From NCBI RefSeq assembly GCF_964204645.1, contig NC_134035.1, positions 3,286,001-3,350,000 of the forward strand: DNA of 64,000 nt. Reading direction: 5' to 3'. Within the stretch, counting starts at the first letter, position 1, and the number at the start of each line of letters is the position of its first letter. Source of the stretch: Tubulanus polymorphus (taxonomy: Eukaryota; Animalia; Nemertea). Below are positions 1 to 14,539 of the stretch, piece by piece. The translations under genes were made by a program, and so were the position numbers. Below the pieces are notes generated by a model, which did no database searches, was not told where the DNA came from, and was given only the letters and a program-made list of their open reading frames with translations.

Positions 1-84
1 AACAACGCCAGAATTAACAGTATAACGGCGAATAATTCTTTCCATTCTCTCCATCGCAAGGGATTTGTATGATCCTGTCCCTGT

Positions 85-232
85 AGAGAGAATTCCACAA
101 TAATAACGAAAAACAGTCCGAAAATGTAACTTTGAGCTACTAGTTTATTCAACGTTTCGACTATATTCTAATAGTCATCTTCAGGAAGAGTGAATACATC
201 GCTTCAACACGGATAATAGTGTTTTATCAATC
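85..232 (-). mobile_element. Short Penelope-like non-autonomous element with a hammerhead ribozyme, flanked by a 16-bp direct repeat
   Basis: ATGATCCTGTCCCTGT occurs at 69-84 and 233-248. The element carries the end motif CAACACGGATAATAGTGTTTTATCAAT (205-231), which is shared with the 23.4-kb copy. Confidence 0.7.
146..187 (-). ncRNA. Minimal type-I hammerhead ribozyme
   Basis: Minus strand reads TTC-CTGAAGA-T-GACTA(TTAGAATA)TAGTC-GAAAC-GTT-GAA. The core is intact, stem II has 5 bp, stem III is palindromic ACGU and stem I is short. Confidence 0.75.
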
Positions 233-391
233 ATGATCCTGTCCCTGTTTGTCGGTTATCGGGAAGAAAAGTTTTCGTCGAAATATTGACCACACGATCT
301 CCGTCGTGAGCGAACGGATAGGCCTATATACTGAACATTCACCAAAAACCTGGAACACTCAAGGGATTAGGATAATGCTTTTGACCACGGG

Positions 392-620
392 CCAGGGGCT
401 GTTGGTTAAAGATAACCGGTGGATACTTACCATAGTTTACATGAAGTTTTTTTAATTGTCACTATGTCAACTATCCACTAATCTAACCAACTTTGGAGCA
501 ACTGGCCCCCTGATCAAAGGTTGGTATGAGTTAAAACCAGTGGAAACATACCATTGACAATTGAATTTGTATTGTTACCATGTCCAACTCCGACCAAGTT
601 TTGAGCAACCGACCCCTGAG
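392..620. mobile_element. Tandem copies of a CAGGGG-ended MITE family
   Basis: Contains AATTGTCACTATGTCAACTATCCAC...CCAACTTTGGAGCAACTGGCCCCCTG. Related pieces lie at ~10480, ~18810 and 46740-46810. Confidence 0.6.
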
Positions 621-1030
621 TGTCATTGTAACGCAGACACCTAGGCAGGAAGGCTATTGTCTCGATACTTCTTCTTGAAATCGCCATAACTTTAGACCAC
701 AGAAATCCAGTTTAATCAAACGGATTTTGCGGAATACCGTCGATACAGCCACTACCAGGACTGGGTGAAACTAAAACTGATTATTGGGCCGTACGTACTT
801 ATCCCGGCCTTCCCTGTTATTTGAATTATGAGTTCGCACTCTGCGCCCCTCTCCCTCTGAGATGATGATCATCGATATAAACGAATATAGAAAAAACTGA
901 TCATTTCTAATACGATTCGTATATATAGCGTTTATTAGTTTTTATCATTGCCTCCGTGCTACTGTCGTATCTCGAAAAAACCACTTAAATCTTTGAGTCG
1001 AGAAGATACACACTATGCGTGTAAGATGGA

Positions 1031-1278
1031 TGACGAGAAAAATCCCTGACAATGATTCAGTCCGAGATGAAAAATTCTTGAATAGAAGAGACTTTATTTT
1101 GAGTACCGTTACGGCAAAACACTATCAGCCATCATCAGGCGTACTGATGATGGCTAAAATAGTGTACGCCTGATGATGGCTAATAGTGTTTAGCCGAAAC
1201 GTTGCTCAAAATAAAGTCTCTTCTATTAAAGAATTTTTTTATCTCGGACTGAATCATTGTGGCATTTTTTCCTCGTCA
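1031..1278. mobile_element. Palindromic Penelope-like element with tail-to-tail hammerhead motifs
   Basis: Inverted arms of ~110 bp. The right arm carries CTGATGA-T-GGCTAA(TAGTGT)TTAGCC-GAAAC-GTT at 1170-1203; the left arm has a degenerate minus-strand copy. Confidence 0.7.
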
Positions 1279-3674
1279 CCTAAATTCTAATGCGCTTTCC
1301 TGTATGCCGTATAACGTCATTTATATCTACACACGTATATTCGTCGGGATTTGTTTTCTTGACGCAGTTTCGTTGATAAGATGATCTTATATAATGCCGT
1401 CTGCTTCGACGACGGAAACAACACTCGGCGCGTACGTATATTTCAAGGCGGCGAGAAATAACCCGACAGACGACGACAGAGATGCCGATCTAAAATAATC
1501 CAATTCGTATGTCGTCGATTATTTTCGTAAGATAAACTGTGTAGCCTTTTTACTCGACGTCGCGGGTTCTGTTTTGATTCTATTTAGCAGTCGTATCGCG
1601 ATGTCTCTCCGTCGAGGAGGAACTCTTTGAAATCCGAACGATTTGTTCGACGCTGTTGTGTGATAGCGGCGCTAACCGTCTTCAGCTCGGTGATATAGAG
1701 ACATAAAGAATTATTTAGAATTGTATACTTTTTTACGAACGTTATTATATGGGAACCTTCATCATCGCTAGTCGAGGATTCCGGTTTAAGCGAGCTATGA
1801 TTCATCCGCTAGGGGCTCGAAGATTTTAATAGTAACCATCTTGATGGATAGAGCGAAAATCAAGCGTGCTAAGCATCTTTTGAGTAAATGTTCCCTATGG
1901 CCCCTGTTTGCAGTACTAGTACGTCAGTATTTCATTATATCATTATAACTATGCAAAATTTGTACAGCACCTTATTCCGAAAGAGCGCTTTACACAACAT
2001 AAAATATAAAAGACTTCTGCTAAACGTCTCTGCTATTTTCTGCTATATGTCTCTCTAAAAAATGAATGAATTATCGTCAAAAACTAAATATGATGATATT
2101 CGAATTCGGAAGCCTCAAAATCCAAATCAGTTTCAAATTGACAACCCTTTAGATTAAGTATTAGTCATGCCATCTGTTTGGGATAGCCGGCGTTAATTTT
2201 CCTCAAATATCCCAAAAAACTACTAGAGATACCTCCATCGCCGTGTTCAAGAATGACAAGATTCTTTATCTGTACATTGACTACAGGAGCACGGGGTTAA
2301 GAGAAGTTTAAAATGTCTCGCGATGAGACGCGCGGAAAACAAACCGTTTCGTGCGGGTAATTTGTATTCTGGTATTGACGGCGCGTTATCGTGTGCCGGT
2401 GACAGCCGCCTGTCGAAGATGAAAACGCGCCGGAGAAACGAAGCTGACCGGTAGTATAATCATCAGCCGAACACGCCGGGGATGTACGTCATTTCGTGGA
2501 CACGTAATTATCGCAATCAAATGATTGATAATTGTATTTTTTTCCTCGCCGAGCGCCGGGACGTCGCTCAAACACGCCTCGGAAGACGTCGACGACTTTC
2601 GAATTATCTATGATGGGTAGTTTTTTAATAGTATAGCTTCCGAAATGTGTCTGGTTTTTATTTCTAATCCTACATACATGCAGGAAGCGCTCGGGACTTG
2701 GCGCTAAAAACAACTGCGGGATGCGCCCGTTACTAAATCTTGCCAAAATTTAAAACGGCACTTAACGGCTCTCAAAACCTTCTGCATAAATCCCGTAAAC
2801 TAATACCCCTTGCACTAGTTACTAAGCCCCGTTTCCGGCTGCGGGGCGAGTCTTATTTTTTTTCTCGCTTAAAATCCAGTTCTCCGAAACATCGGCCTCG
2901 TTCGTTTATAATATGAAATGTATCAGTCGATTTACGAGATTTTTGAGGTCGTTTCGTTTCGAAAGTAATCAGTCCCGTCGGAGTGATCATCGTTCCGAGT
3001 TCAATTTTATTTCTATTCCTTACTTATAATACAAAAGAAGATATATGGCGTATTTACGACAGTAACTACGTGTATACTCGATATAGAATGTAATAGGAAT
3101 ACGGTTCGGTTAGACAGAATCATGTTGATATGTATACGCATATTATATATTCCTCATATAGAACATAATATACAAAGAAGATAAAAAACAGATGTTCCCA
3201 ACCGATATCATAAGAAGGCTCCCTACACCGAGCTCTCGTTTTTGACGAGTATCTTCGAATTATAGCTTGATCTGTACACCAGTAAATGCAGTCTCCGAAC
3301 AAAATTCTAGATAAACATCAAGTGTAAATTCTTAATGCTGAAAAGTTTTCTGTGTATATACATCATGTCGTGTCAGACGTATCAGTTCTTGCAAAATAGC
3401 TCGCAGGGTCGGATCCCAAGGGTCTTATGGGACACATTTTCAACATCCTCAAATTTTGATTGCCTACTTTCGGGAAGAATCTGCCGAAAAAAATCTAGAA
3501 AATGACAATTTCTGTAAAATGAAGTCAAACTTGTCGGAAATTCTTGAAAGGTCCATTTTATTATCAATACGCTCAAAAGAAACATTCGATAAGGCCCTCG
3601 GGTCACGCAGACTCGTGACATATTTGAACGGCCATTTTGTATGCCCGAGATTTGGCAAATTGATAGATCATTAA

Positions 3675-3934
3675 GCCAAACGCACACGACACAGAGAAAC
3701 AGGAAAACACAGAATTACGGAATCAAACATTGTTTGATCTTGTAAACATTGTTTCCCGAAAAATTGTTTCTCGTAAAACGAACTCGCCATGGGGAAACAT
3801 GACAGAAACGCGGAATCGAACTTGTTTGATTTGTGTTTCTCGTAAGCGCACACGACGCACACGACGCAGTGAAACGCTCGGAAGCATGTTTCTGTCTCCG
3901 GTTTCCGTGTTTCCTTGCGTCGTGTGTCGTTGGG
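3675..3934. mobile_element. MITE, GCCAAACGCACACGAC TIR family
   Basis: Terminal inverted repeats; a second copy lies at 10658-10808. Confidence 0.7.
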
Positions 3935-5293
3935 ATCAATTAGTTTTTGAGAGGGGTGGCGTCGATGGATGGAACGGGGACGAGAGATGGATATCTGCGG
4001 GCATTATGTAGATTTCCGTCGCGCATTGAAGGTCACGATCGGCGTGCGATATGGTCGATTTTGCTCGATCGGTGTCGTGTCGCGACGGATGGGCTGATTG
4101 TGCTGTCGACCTTATATTCGAGACTCATCTACAGACGATAAGAATGTCACCGATACCTCGTTGAGAATCGTCGAGTGACTATTCTTGACTACGAATTAAT
4201 TGCATTCAAAAGAACCCGTCGAGCGTCGCATTAAGTATATTGTTAAAATGCTGTTGCTGTTGCTGCTGCTGCTGCTGCTGCGCTGCACCTCTGTATAGAT
4301 TTTCGTAGACTTAATCTTATTAAACTAGTCGAATATAAGCGCTGCCCCAGGTTAATTTGGACGACGGCGCCGCCGGGTAGAAACGCCATCATCTGCGGAG
4401 TCCCAAGACTTTAACAATAACAGGAAAACTAACTTTCAAGTTCATCGACACCTCGGAAAATAACACTATAATTTGCTTGAATTTGTCGATAATAAATAAT
4501 ATGATATTTAGAATCATATAATATTAAGGAACAATAAGGTTATTTTTATTTGAATGTATCGTAGGCTTAATTGAATTGAATTGGCTGGCAACCAGTCTAG
4601 CCCTGATATTGATGACGTAGGGCATATCTGCTCAAAATAATCATCAAAATTTATCGAAAATAAAATAGAAGTTATGAAATTTATGCCACTATTGTAATTG
4701 TTATTTCGAGACGCCAATATTGATGGCGTAGTACACTACGGGCTCAAGAAAACATTTCGGACTTTATTTTTCTTTTGCGGTTTAGGACAAAGTGTTTCAT
4801 CGATGGTTATCCAAAAAAATTCCCAAAAGACTCCTTCGAAACAGGTCAAAAACAGCATTCATTTTTTGAATCGGTTTAAATGCGAGTTCCATTGAATTGA
4901 GGATTTTTCAGCTTTTGACGAAAATATTCATGCAGTATCGAGTAACGAAAGCAAATATTCATGGGCGCTAAAATATTTATTCAGATTTATTCAGAGAGTT
5001 GACACATGACGGTATCGATGTACGAAACGTTGCTTCTATATTATATTGGTCCCTACAACCGGGAAGGGTAAAAAGGTTGTCGAGCTGAGAAACATTGATG
5101 TAACGGAATAGATATGAAATGAAATAGATGGCCGGTTTTATGGATAAGGGGTCATTGCTCCCACTTGAGACCATAGTCTAAGACCATTTCAGTTCTATAA
5201 CTATCAATATAACCACTTAAGAGTGTAAGCTCATTTTGCTTCTATAGACAATCTAATAACGTAAGACCATTTTAGTTCCACAACCAATCAAAC

Positions 5294-5442
5294 TACAGGG
5301 GCTCGTATCAGAGTTGTAGGTAATGTAAAAACGATAATCTGTTAATCCGATGTATATAGTATATATTTTATATACACTATATACATCGGATTAACAGATT
5401 ATCGTTTTTACATTACCTACAACTCTGATACGAGCCCCTGTG
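5294..5442. mobile_element. Young palindromic MITE with an 8-bp TSD (hAT-like)
   Basis: Perfect inverted arms of about 65 bp (ACAGGGGCTCGTATCAG...CTGATACGAGCCCCTGT). AATCAAAC occurs at 5286-5293 and 5443-5450. Confidence 0.85.
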
Positions 5443-6371
5443 AATCAAACAACTTAAGACCATTCCAATGCACTATGCACAGGGTTTCAGTGCCTTAATT
5501 TTCTAAGTACAGCCTATTGGCTCGCACTCTATCCCCCGGAACCAACATTATGTATTGAAAAAAAATCTATCTATTCAAGCACATTTTAGTTCTATAACCA
5601 ATTCGGATTTTGGATTCGACACTCGACTATGGAACCGACCGACCTTTATAGGGCAAGGAAGGATGTCATCGTAGGAAGCCGCGGACGATGCCCCCAAGCT
5701 TTCGCAGAGTAACAAACAATTTCAAAGCCCCAAATGCCACATATACGCCAAGAAAAAGGTATTAGTGAGTGCAGTCAATCCATTGGCCTCATTTCGTGTT
5801 ATCCAGAACGGCTTGCCTGCATTTCTTTAGGTAAATTAACTTTTAGTGCTGCCCCGCTAAGTCAACGCACGTTCAAAGAATCACTTCACTAACTGTTCAA
5901 GCAACTCCAATTTCAAAATCAAAACCCCCGCTTCGTTCCCAGCAGGTTAGGCGTGTTTGTTCAGTGACATAACAAATAACTCAAATCAAACGACCAATCA
6001 AGTAAATAGAGGTAAAATCTTCCCTATTTCACGGTGAAGAAATCCGGATTTAGAAAACCTTCGACGATTTAATTCAGTTTTATCAGTCACTATAAAAAAA
6101 CTAAGAGGGTAATGACATTTTGTTGACTCAATCCTTTGAGCCATTTTCTAAGTTCAGAACTTCGTGACGTTTAGACTCAATTCAATGAGCCATTTCCAAA
6201 AGTAGTGGCGTTTAGACTCAGTTCTACGAGACATTTTCGGTTTTGAAAATTTCTCATAAAAAATCGAGCCGAAACGTCGAATATTCTCGTTATAGTTCAT
6301 TCTTAGTATCGTTGGCTTTCCGTAACAATAATCGAATTAGACACAGTTTCATCTTGTCTATTGAAACCACC

Positions 6372-6478
6372 CGTGCAGGTTTCTTGCGCGCCCGGCGCCC
6401 CTGCAGGTTTCTTGCTCGCCCGGCGCCCCTGCAAATTTGCCTGCGCGCCCGCCCCTGCAAGTTTTCCTGCACTGCAAG
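6372..6478. repeat. Short GC-rich tandem repeat (~28-bp unit)
   Basis: TGCAGGTTTCTTGCGCGCCCGGCGCCCC repeated 3-4 times with decay. Confidence 0.8.
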
Positions 6479-6519
6479 TTCATCTATCTCGAAACGGAGT
6501 TGCGCCGATGCGCGTTATA

Positions 6520-6717
6520 GCACGTCGTCGACGCGTCATACGACGAGTGCGCGCGCCAGCTCGACAACGACTCATCAATAGCCACCGCACGCTCAAAAGC
6601 AGTCATCGCCTTTCATTTTTCTCGGATAAACTGAAACAACTCAGCGAACTCGTCTCGACGAAGAACTATAACAAATTACAAAGCGACAATCGTCAACGAT
6701 TCTCTAAAAAGGTAAGA
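6520..6717 (+). promoter_or_regulatory. Candidate promoter/non-coding first exon ending in a splice donor AAG|GTAAGA
   Basis: A CpG-rich stretch is followed by an A-rich, ATG-free leader and a strong donor (GT at 6712). Its link to the prohormone is an inference. Confidence 0.35.
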
Positions 6718-9700
6718 CGCAATTAAGTATACGCTGAAAATTGTATCGTTCATCATAAAACAACGTGGTTCAACCGATTTACTTTTTAGTTTAAATCTAT
6801 AGAATTTTTAGTAATGAAAAACATTTTCAGTCTTAACTATCGTCGTCATACGACGGAATACAGCTAGCAGGAAATGTTCTTAGATTTGCGATTTTAATCT
6901 ATAAATCGATATATTTTTTTGCTAAAATATTTGTCGATTTTGATTTCAAAGAAATAGAAAAAAACTGAATGTAGAAAACATAGCGTTTTATACTCGTTTC
7001 AAATAAGATTTATTTTCATTGATTCACCGCATTGGTAAGCTTCGGTAACAATTCCATTCTTTTGTCAAAATATCCCCCGAAGGCTTCGCTAATCAAAGTA
7101 CAACATGTAGAAACATCTAAAATAATTCCTCGACCTCGGATAGAAATGCGCAATCTTTGAGGTCGGATCGCTATCAGGATCCAGTTCAAACGTTATTGTG
7201 AGTTACTCTGAGATGAATAAGTTCATTTTCGATGAGTTACCTCTTGAGTCGAATCGGGTGATTTTAAAGTTATAACGAATTCTATGCTGTGTAAGTCAGC
7301 GAGAGAGTTAAATCTTGGGCCCGGTTTTATTGGCTAGATGTCATAGTAATCTTTATAGGGTAAATCCTCACCCAGACCAACTTCTGCAGTGTTGTGAGTT
7401 AGAATTTGACTAATAGAAAATTGACTATAATCTAAACTATAATCTTAACTGAATGTTAACTCCAGGTGATATGACCGGGAACTGGATCCCAGGGTTCATG
7501 TCTTACGAAAAAGTTTAAGCCATATCTTCGGTTTGATTGCTCAAATTGTTAATTCATGTTTCCAACGAGTGCAAAAATTAAAACTAAAACCGTTTTAAGC
7601 TTGAACATTATCGTGATTATCGGGACCCACAGTGTTATTTTAATGTAACCGCCATAGTTTTAATGAGAAACAAAAAAATTGACGAATTTAGAAAATGTTC
7701 TCGGGGATTATTTTTTACCCCGCGTATTTCTAGAACTCGGCGCAGTAGAGATCGACCGAGAATCGATGATCATTCCCAGCTATGACGTACGCGCACGACT
7801 TCGCCATTTTTCGGCATATTCGCGCGTTCGATAGCAAAACAACGTTTGGTCATTTACGAATAACGTGTTCTTTCGAGAGAGATCGAACCGCGTCGAAAAT
7901 CCCGTCCGATATATATTATAAATAGCGACCGCCTGTTGAAGAATTGATATTTCGCCGAGTGCATTTTACGACTCGCGTTTCGGCCTATGACGAGTTGAAC
8001 GAAAAATTCCCATTTTCGTCAATAAGATTTCGCGCGCGCGCGCTCGCACGACGCCACTTCGCGATCGAAAGAGCCGACAATAATCGGCGAAATCCTGAGA
8101 AAAACATCAACGGTTTTACGAACGTTCTCCGCCACGACAGCAGCCGCCGGCTTAAATAGAGTTTTAATTAAAAGCCAGAAAATTCTTCTAGCCGCTTTCG
8201 AAAGTACCCAAACTCGTGCAGATTAGAAATATCTACATCAAAAGACAAAAGCGCTGGTGGAATTTCCAGTGAATTATTGTGTTTTTTCCCCGATGAGACG
8301 TTCGAAGCTGTCGATGAATCCTACATTATTCCTTTTGTTTCTGCGTGAAAAAAAACATTACTTTCGATGTTTTATAGAAGAAAAAAAAGATTCTTTATCC
8401 CGAACATTTTCAATCATTTTCCATCGCGATTCGAATCAGGAACGGGCAAAAAAAAATCTCGATCGCGTTTTCTCAGTCGAATCGAGATCTCTGCGACGAT
8501 CGCTACATATTTCTAGTTATTTCTGTATAATTCACGCCGGATTAAGCTCGCGAGGAATTCGGTAAAATGATTATGGATGTCTGCGCGCGAAGCCCATACT
8601 TTAAACTTTCCCCCTTGAGTCTAACGCGCACACGGCACAATGTTCGTTTCATCAAAACAAAAAAACACGTTTTTCACAAACGAATATTTCAATTTGAATA
8701 TTTCAACGCACACGGTATGACGATGTTGTGCGCTGGGCTTTATTCGTATTCACGTATATAGTTACTGTCATTCTGTAGAGATGCTAATCGTCAAAATGAT
8801 AATCAGCGATGGAATTTCATCTAATATCGTCGAGGCAAAGTTAACATTTTTGTGGAAAAACGGCTCATCAAAAGTGGGAACAGAACCGATAACTCTTTCT
8901 CCTTATCTGGGCAGTATCGCCTAGAATATTCCTTCTACTCAGAAAATTTGTCGATCTTCAAAAAGGGAATTGTCCTTCTCGTTATAATTCGGTTGATTTA
9001 TTCTCTATTTGATGTACGCTCATTTCTAGGCGTATCCAAAATATTGTTCGCAATATTTGCATTTATGATTGTTACACAACTCTTTGCAATACGTATTAGA
9101 TTGATCGTCTAATTGAATTCGCGATTCTAGCAAATTCTCTATCGATCGTTGGTTTTCTTCGCGCGTAAAAGAATCAACGTTAGGTTCAACGGCGTCGATC
9201 TTGAAATAGAGACGTTTTTGTCCATTTTATTTTAATTCGATCGATTAGATTTGCTAAAAAGCCGACCACGCCTGCCGGAAATGAACGAAAAAGAGGGTTT
9301 GATTTTGAAATCAGAAATCGAAGATACATATACAGATACAGTTGTGTGATCGGCGATCGAATTTACGGATTTTTGTGTCTAAATCAAAGCGATAATACAT
9401 CATTGGAAATTTCGGTCCCAACCAGACAACCAGCCCGAACCGACAAGAACTACTGTTAAGACAGTCTCCGCTGGGCCGTAGATTGCCGCGCGAACTGTGT
9501 CAGGGCGAAATAACCTGTCCAATATACCATTCCGTCGACATTATTTCGAACAAGCGCCGTGCATCATCCGGCATACTGATAACTACATCCGTGTCTAATA
9601 AATTGGTTAATAATATATAAAACCGACCGAAGACAATATCTGGGAATTACTTCATCAACGGGCCCGGGTTTCACCGTCGGTTCGTAAATTTGTTATCACG

Positions 9701-10657
9701 CAAGTCGTCGACGTCGTCGATCGTCTGCGCGCGTCGTGGCGTATATGTATTTGACGAAGCGTCGATTGCAATTTTCGCGCCAAACCGCCGCGAGCGCTTC
9801 GACACCGGCGTATATAATACGAAAACTAACGCCACAGCAGCAGCGGCGGCGGTGGCGGTGCATCGCGATGAATAAAATATATCCGCAGATTATTTTTGGT
9901 CATAAAACTTGGATTAACTAATCAATCCCGGCGTGATGGTCGCGCCTCGACTTGCGAACACCGATGGCGTTTTGTGCAGAGACGACGCGCGTTCGTAACA
10001 ACAATTAGTTATATTATACCGCGCACACCGCGCACACCGCGCACAGCGTAGAATATTTCCATTGAATTTCATCAAACGATCCGAATTTCAGGAAATTTTC
10101 CAATTTATTCAATCGGAAGTTGATGAAATAGCGGTCGCTTTTCAATCAGACTCGCTTTTCAAACCGAGTTCTATAACGCCGCGGTAATAGCGGTAGTTAA
10201 ACCGTCGAAGAAGCTTTTGAAATCAATCAGTGTTGAGATCGTCTCTTCGTTCGCTATTGTTTATAAGTGGCCGAACGGCGTGACAACTTCGACGAAAAAG
10301 GCACACGCAGTTTTCAAACAAACAGTAAATTCGAGCGCTAGCGCGCGCACGGCACGAAATGAACGCGAACGTTTCGTTTCTCCGGCCTGTTTTGCTAGCG
10401 CGTGCGCAGCTACGAAACAAGAAACGCGGTTTCGATCACCGTGTGCGATGTAAACAAGGAAACTTTTGGTCAGTGCTGTTGCGAAAGTTGGTTAAAGTCA
10501 ACTATCCACTGGTAAATATATAATAGTTTTCGCCATGTATATATGCAGAATGAATAATATATAATTACGAACAGGTTGCATACATAGGCGGCTGGATGCT
10601 TGGAAAGCTAATAAAGGCTGTGTCCCGTAGGGATCCAAGCACCAAGATAACTCTAAA

Positions 10658-10808
10658 GCCAAACGCACACGACGCATGGAAACAGGCTTTAAAGGGTTGC
10701 GCTGTGTCGTGCGCGTTTGCGAGAAACATTATTTCGGGAACAATGATTCCGAGATAAAACATGCTTCTTTCCGTGCTTCCGTGTTCCCATGCGTCGTGTG
10801 CGTTGGGC
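10658..10808. mobile_element. MITE, GCCAAACGCACACGAC TIR family
   Basis: TIRs GCCAAACGCACACGACGCATGG and CCATGCGTCGTGTGCGTTGGGC. Confidence 0.75.
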
Positions 10809-12339
10809 ATAACCAACTTTCGAGCTGAACACCTTTATACGTTTACCCCGGAATCACCCACCTATGATTACGTAATCTTAGTTCCGTACACTTTCGATTT
10901 AGCGCGTCCTCTGTGAAATCAATATCCAGCGAAATACTCATAACTAGAATACACGAAAAACTCATAAAACAAACTGATCTACTTTTGCGCGAGCATCGGC
11001 TGTGCGGTAATAACACCGATATTCGGCGTGGCTTCCCGGAGTCTGATAAATCAACGCGTGTAACTAAATATCGTCGGCTATATTACGACTGAACTCGACG
11101 GACGGATAGCTCGGTATGTCACCGGCAATCATAGCTTGATCAGCATATAATGAAAATGTTTGAACGGAAGAAGAAACGTTCGCCGCGGTATAAGATTCAT
11201 CCGAACCACGACTCGACGGCGCGATTGCTATTACGTTTCATATAACGACGACGGGAAAATAGGTAAAAAGTTTCTCCAAATCGGAAAAAGGACCACGCAT
11301 CGCGCGATATCCGACGCCCGTCACCGAAAATAAACTAACAACCACCGCACGTTAGATACGCGCAATTTGCTAATGATTAATGATGAAAATGCGGCCCTAG
11401 TGTTTTCGAATGTCGGTTCGGTCGCCTGGCAGCCATATTCAATCGACCGCCGAAACCGGCGCAATCTCATCTCCTCGGCAAATAGGCCCAATTATACGCG
11501 AAACAATCTCGACGAAAGCCTTTTCGGGATAATTTGACGAGAATTGAAACCGATTCCGAGTGGCTGGAATTATATTCTTGACGCGCGGAAACCCGTCTAA
11601 TACACAATGGCGCCTCGACGAATTTCAATGCCGCCATTGTTCGCGTCGCGGAAATCTTACCGAGAGTCTTGACGCAACGAAAATGATGAAAATTTGATAC
11701 GTCATTACTAACGCGCACCTAGCGGCTATTTCTGTATCAACATTTTTTGAATGCTATATAGCTAATGTTTTTTTCTGGTTATTGATAGTGTTTAACTGTC
11801 TGTTTGCCGAACGCCTCGGGGCTCGCGTATCTTTTTGAATGGATATTTTCGTAAAGCTCTTCGGTGATGTTTTTGTCTGTCTTTCAAAATGTACTATCCG
11901 TTAAAAACATCGTTCTTGCGCGAATATCCGCGCTCGCAGATAATGGCATATTTTCGGTAAGAAAACGCGCCTTGAAGCGTATCATGTGCAGAAGGCTTTG
12001 AAATATATATTTCTTACGCGTTTCTTATTTGATGAATTGATCGTTTAGAGATCAATTCATGATATATATTCATATATATATATATACGTCGACAAGACAA
12101 CAGAAATAGCAGAAAGACAATCGACGACAACGAAACATTATCGACAAACAATGATACGATCATAAGTGTAGAGCTTGGAAATGGTTGATTTGGTTAGCGA
12201 ATGATACCGATCTATAATCCGTGTTTGATCCGTACCTCTCTTCTATTGAGTTATCTAGAAAAAGTTATTCTTGCATCACCGCGCACATGGCGGTATCATA
12301 GGATGGATTGCATAGGCGGTAGCTTTTTGATCTAAAAAA

Positions 12340-12600
12340 AAATTAGCGATTGACCCTGTCATCTAACTATTTGGTAGATTTTTGTTTTGATTTGGTATCC
12401 CTTACAAACCAAGCGCACCTGCCGGGAGCGAAACAGGGGGTTTGATTTCGAAATCGGAAATCGAAGTACAGATAAAGTTGTGTGATCGACGGTCGAAATT
12501 ACAGCATTTTCTGTTAAAATCTGAGTACATAATTTGAGATTTTGGTTCCGGTTCATTCACACAATCTTCCAACCAGCCTGAATCGACAAGTGTCAAATTC
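12340..12600. repeat. Dispersed repeat family (CACCTGCCGGGAGCGAAACAGGGGGTTTGATTTCGAAATCGGAAATCGAAGTAC)
   Basis: Recognisable copies at ~9265-9440, 51390-51545, 52860-53010, 58525-58620 (inverted) and 59780-59910. Confidence 0.8.
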
Positions 12601-14539
12601 CTTCTAAGAAAAACGACGGCCCCGATCCAACCAAATAGAGGGCTGTACGTTGTTTTAAACAATAAAGCTTAACAACATGAATTTTATCACACAATAACAG
12701 TCACACATTACCACGAAAATACAAAACCGATACTTTTACATCTTACGGAGTTCCATCGCTACTACAATGATAAAACATACACAGATCGAAAAAATGAAAT
12801 ACACAAAAAAGAACTCCCGTGTGTTATCACGCCATTATCGGTTTTTTCTCAACAGGTGTCGCCACCAGCCGATATCGGAAATAATATATATATATATGAT
12901 ACATGACAATACGCGACGGTATATTAGCTTAAAAAGACGAGGTTTAACGCACGTGTTTAGCCAAGCTGGACCCAGTTAAGACAAATCTTGGGTTGTAAGA
13001 TTGGATATTGAACAAAGATTGTTCGTCTTAAATCTAAGCCATGTCTGTCCAACTTGCCTCCGGATTTATTAGGTTAATACTGCTATGCAAGGCCGGTCCT
13101 TTGATTATAAGCTTTTGTGATGTATGCGATACTAGCTGTGTTCGCATAAAGCAAAAATATCACGGGACAAACATAATCCGTTTAGCCTCGGACCATCCGT
13201 CTAAATAAGTAATGACAATACAATCCAATAGATTGAATCTAATAGTATATGACAAGTAAAACAGAGTCGCGTTACAGCACCAACTTAACAACAGGATTAC
13301 TGTATTTATCACTGAGACTGATACCTCACAAATTACGGACAGAATTTCGTGACGAGTGTTGATTTATATAATTGGATATTGAACGATAAGGACTCCGCAG
13401 TCGATTGTGGCAATTGAGGATTCCGCTTGTGGCAAGTGATGATCCACCAGGTGGCGACAATATCGAAAATCGCGCAAAGATGGCGGATTTATTTCTTCCC
13501 GGATTCAACAGAAAGAATCTATCCATGATTTCTCATATTCTATATGGACGGTAGATAAAATCTGCGCCTTATATGAACTCTAAAGGTCAATCCGAGTTCA
13601 ACTTGAGACTAGATTTGCCTAAATTTTCTGTACGAATTTCATTGAAATGAACTTAGTTCTGATCAATATTGGAGAAGGAATTAGGAATTGATTTACACTC
13701 CAACAATTTCCATGGTATATGGAGGAAAACTATGAAAAATATATACGATATTTACAAAACAGAAAATAATATATCATCAACATTAAATATATACAATTTG
13801 TACAATGTATTAACTATTGGAGGGACCTATATACATCTAAGCCTATTTTGATGAATTTAGCAAACTGGGTTGTTGGATTCTTTTTGAATATCAAGGTTAC
13901 CAAAAGTGTTCAAATTCCGATGGTTTTCGTGGATTTCAAGAATATTGTCCTATTGTTGTGCGCGCCATCTGGTGGGATGAAGCACGGAGCCCTCCTCATT
14001 GCGGTAGAAACCGACTGCGGTCGAAGAGGCCGAGATGATGCATCCGGGCATAATCACCTCTCCAAGTCAATGCGGCTTCCGTTTAATTATGTATCATATA
14101 ACACTACAACCGATCGTTTAATTAAAGTCACGTCGGGTTTCAATATTCAATGTTTCTGGCGCGATACAGATACTAAACACAGGTATCATCGTTTGTCATT
14201 CGGGCGGTGGATGCGCGTTCGGAGCCGAGAGAGAGAGAGAATGTCTAATAGTATAGCCGCTGTCTAAACGACTCGGCCGCGTTAACGACTGTTCGGACCG
14301 CGAGCGCTACGGCCATTATCGTTCATCATTTTTCTTTTTTTTGAAAAACAAAGATATTACACGCCGGACGCGGCTGTTAAGTATATCGGCGATGTCGAGT
14401 GCCGACGGCGCTCTGTCAGTCAGTCATGAAAGAATTAGTATTCTCGTTATGTGTTTTGAAGAAAGAAAATATTATATGATGAATCGATGAAAAATCGGCG
14501 AAAAAACCCAAAGAATATAACCATTGCTGAAACAAACGT

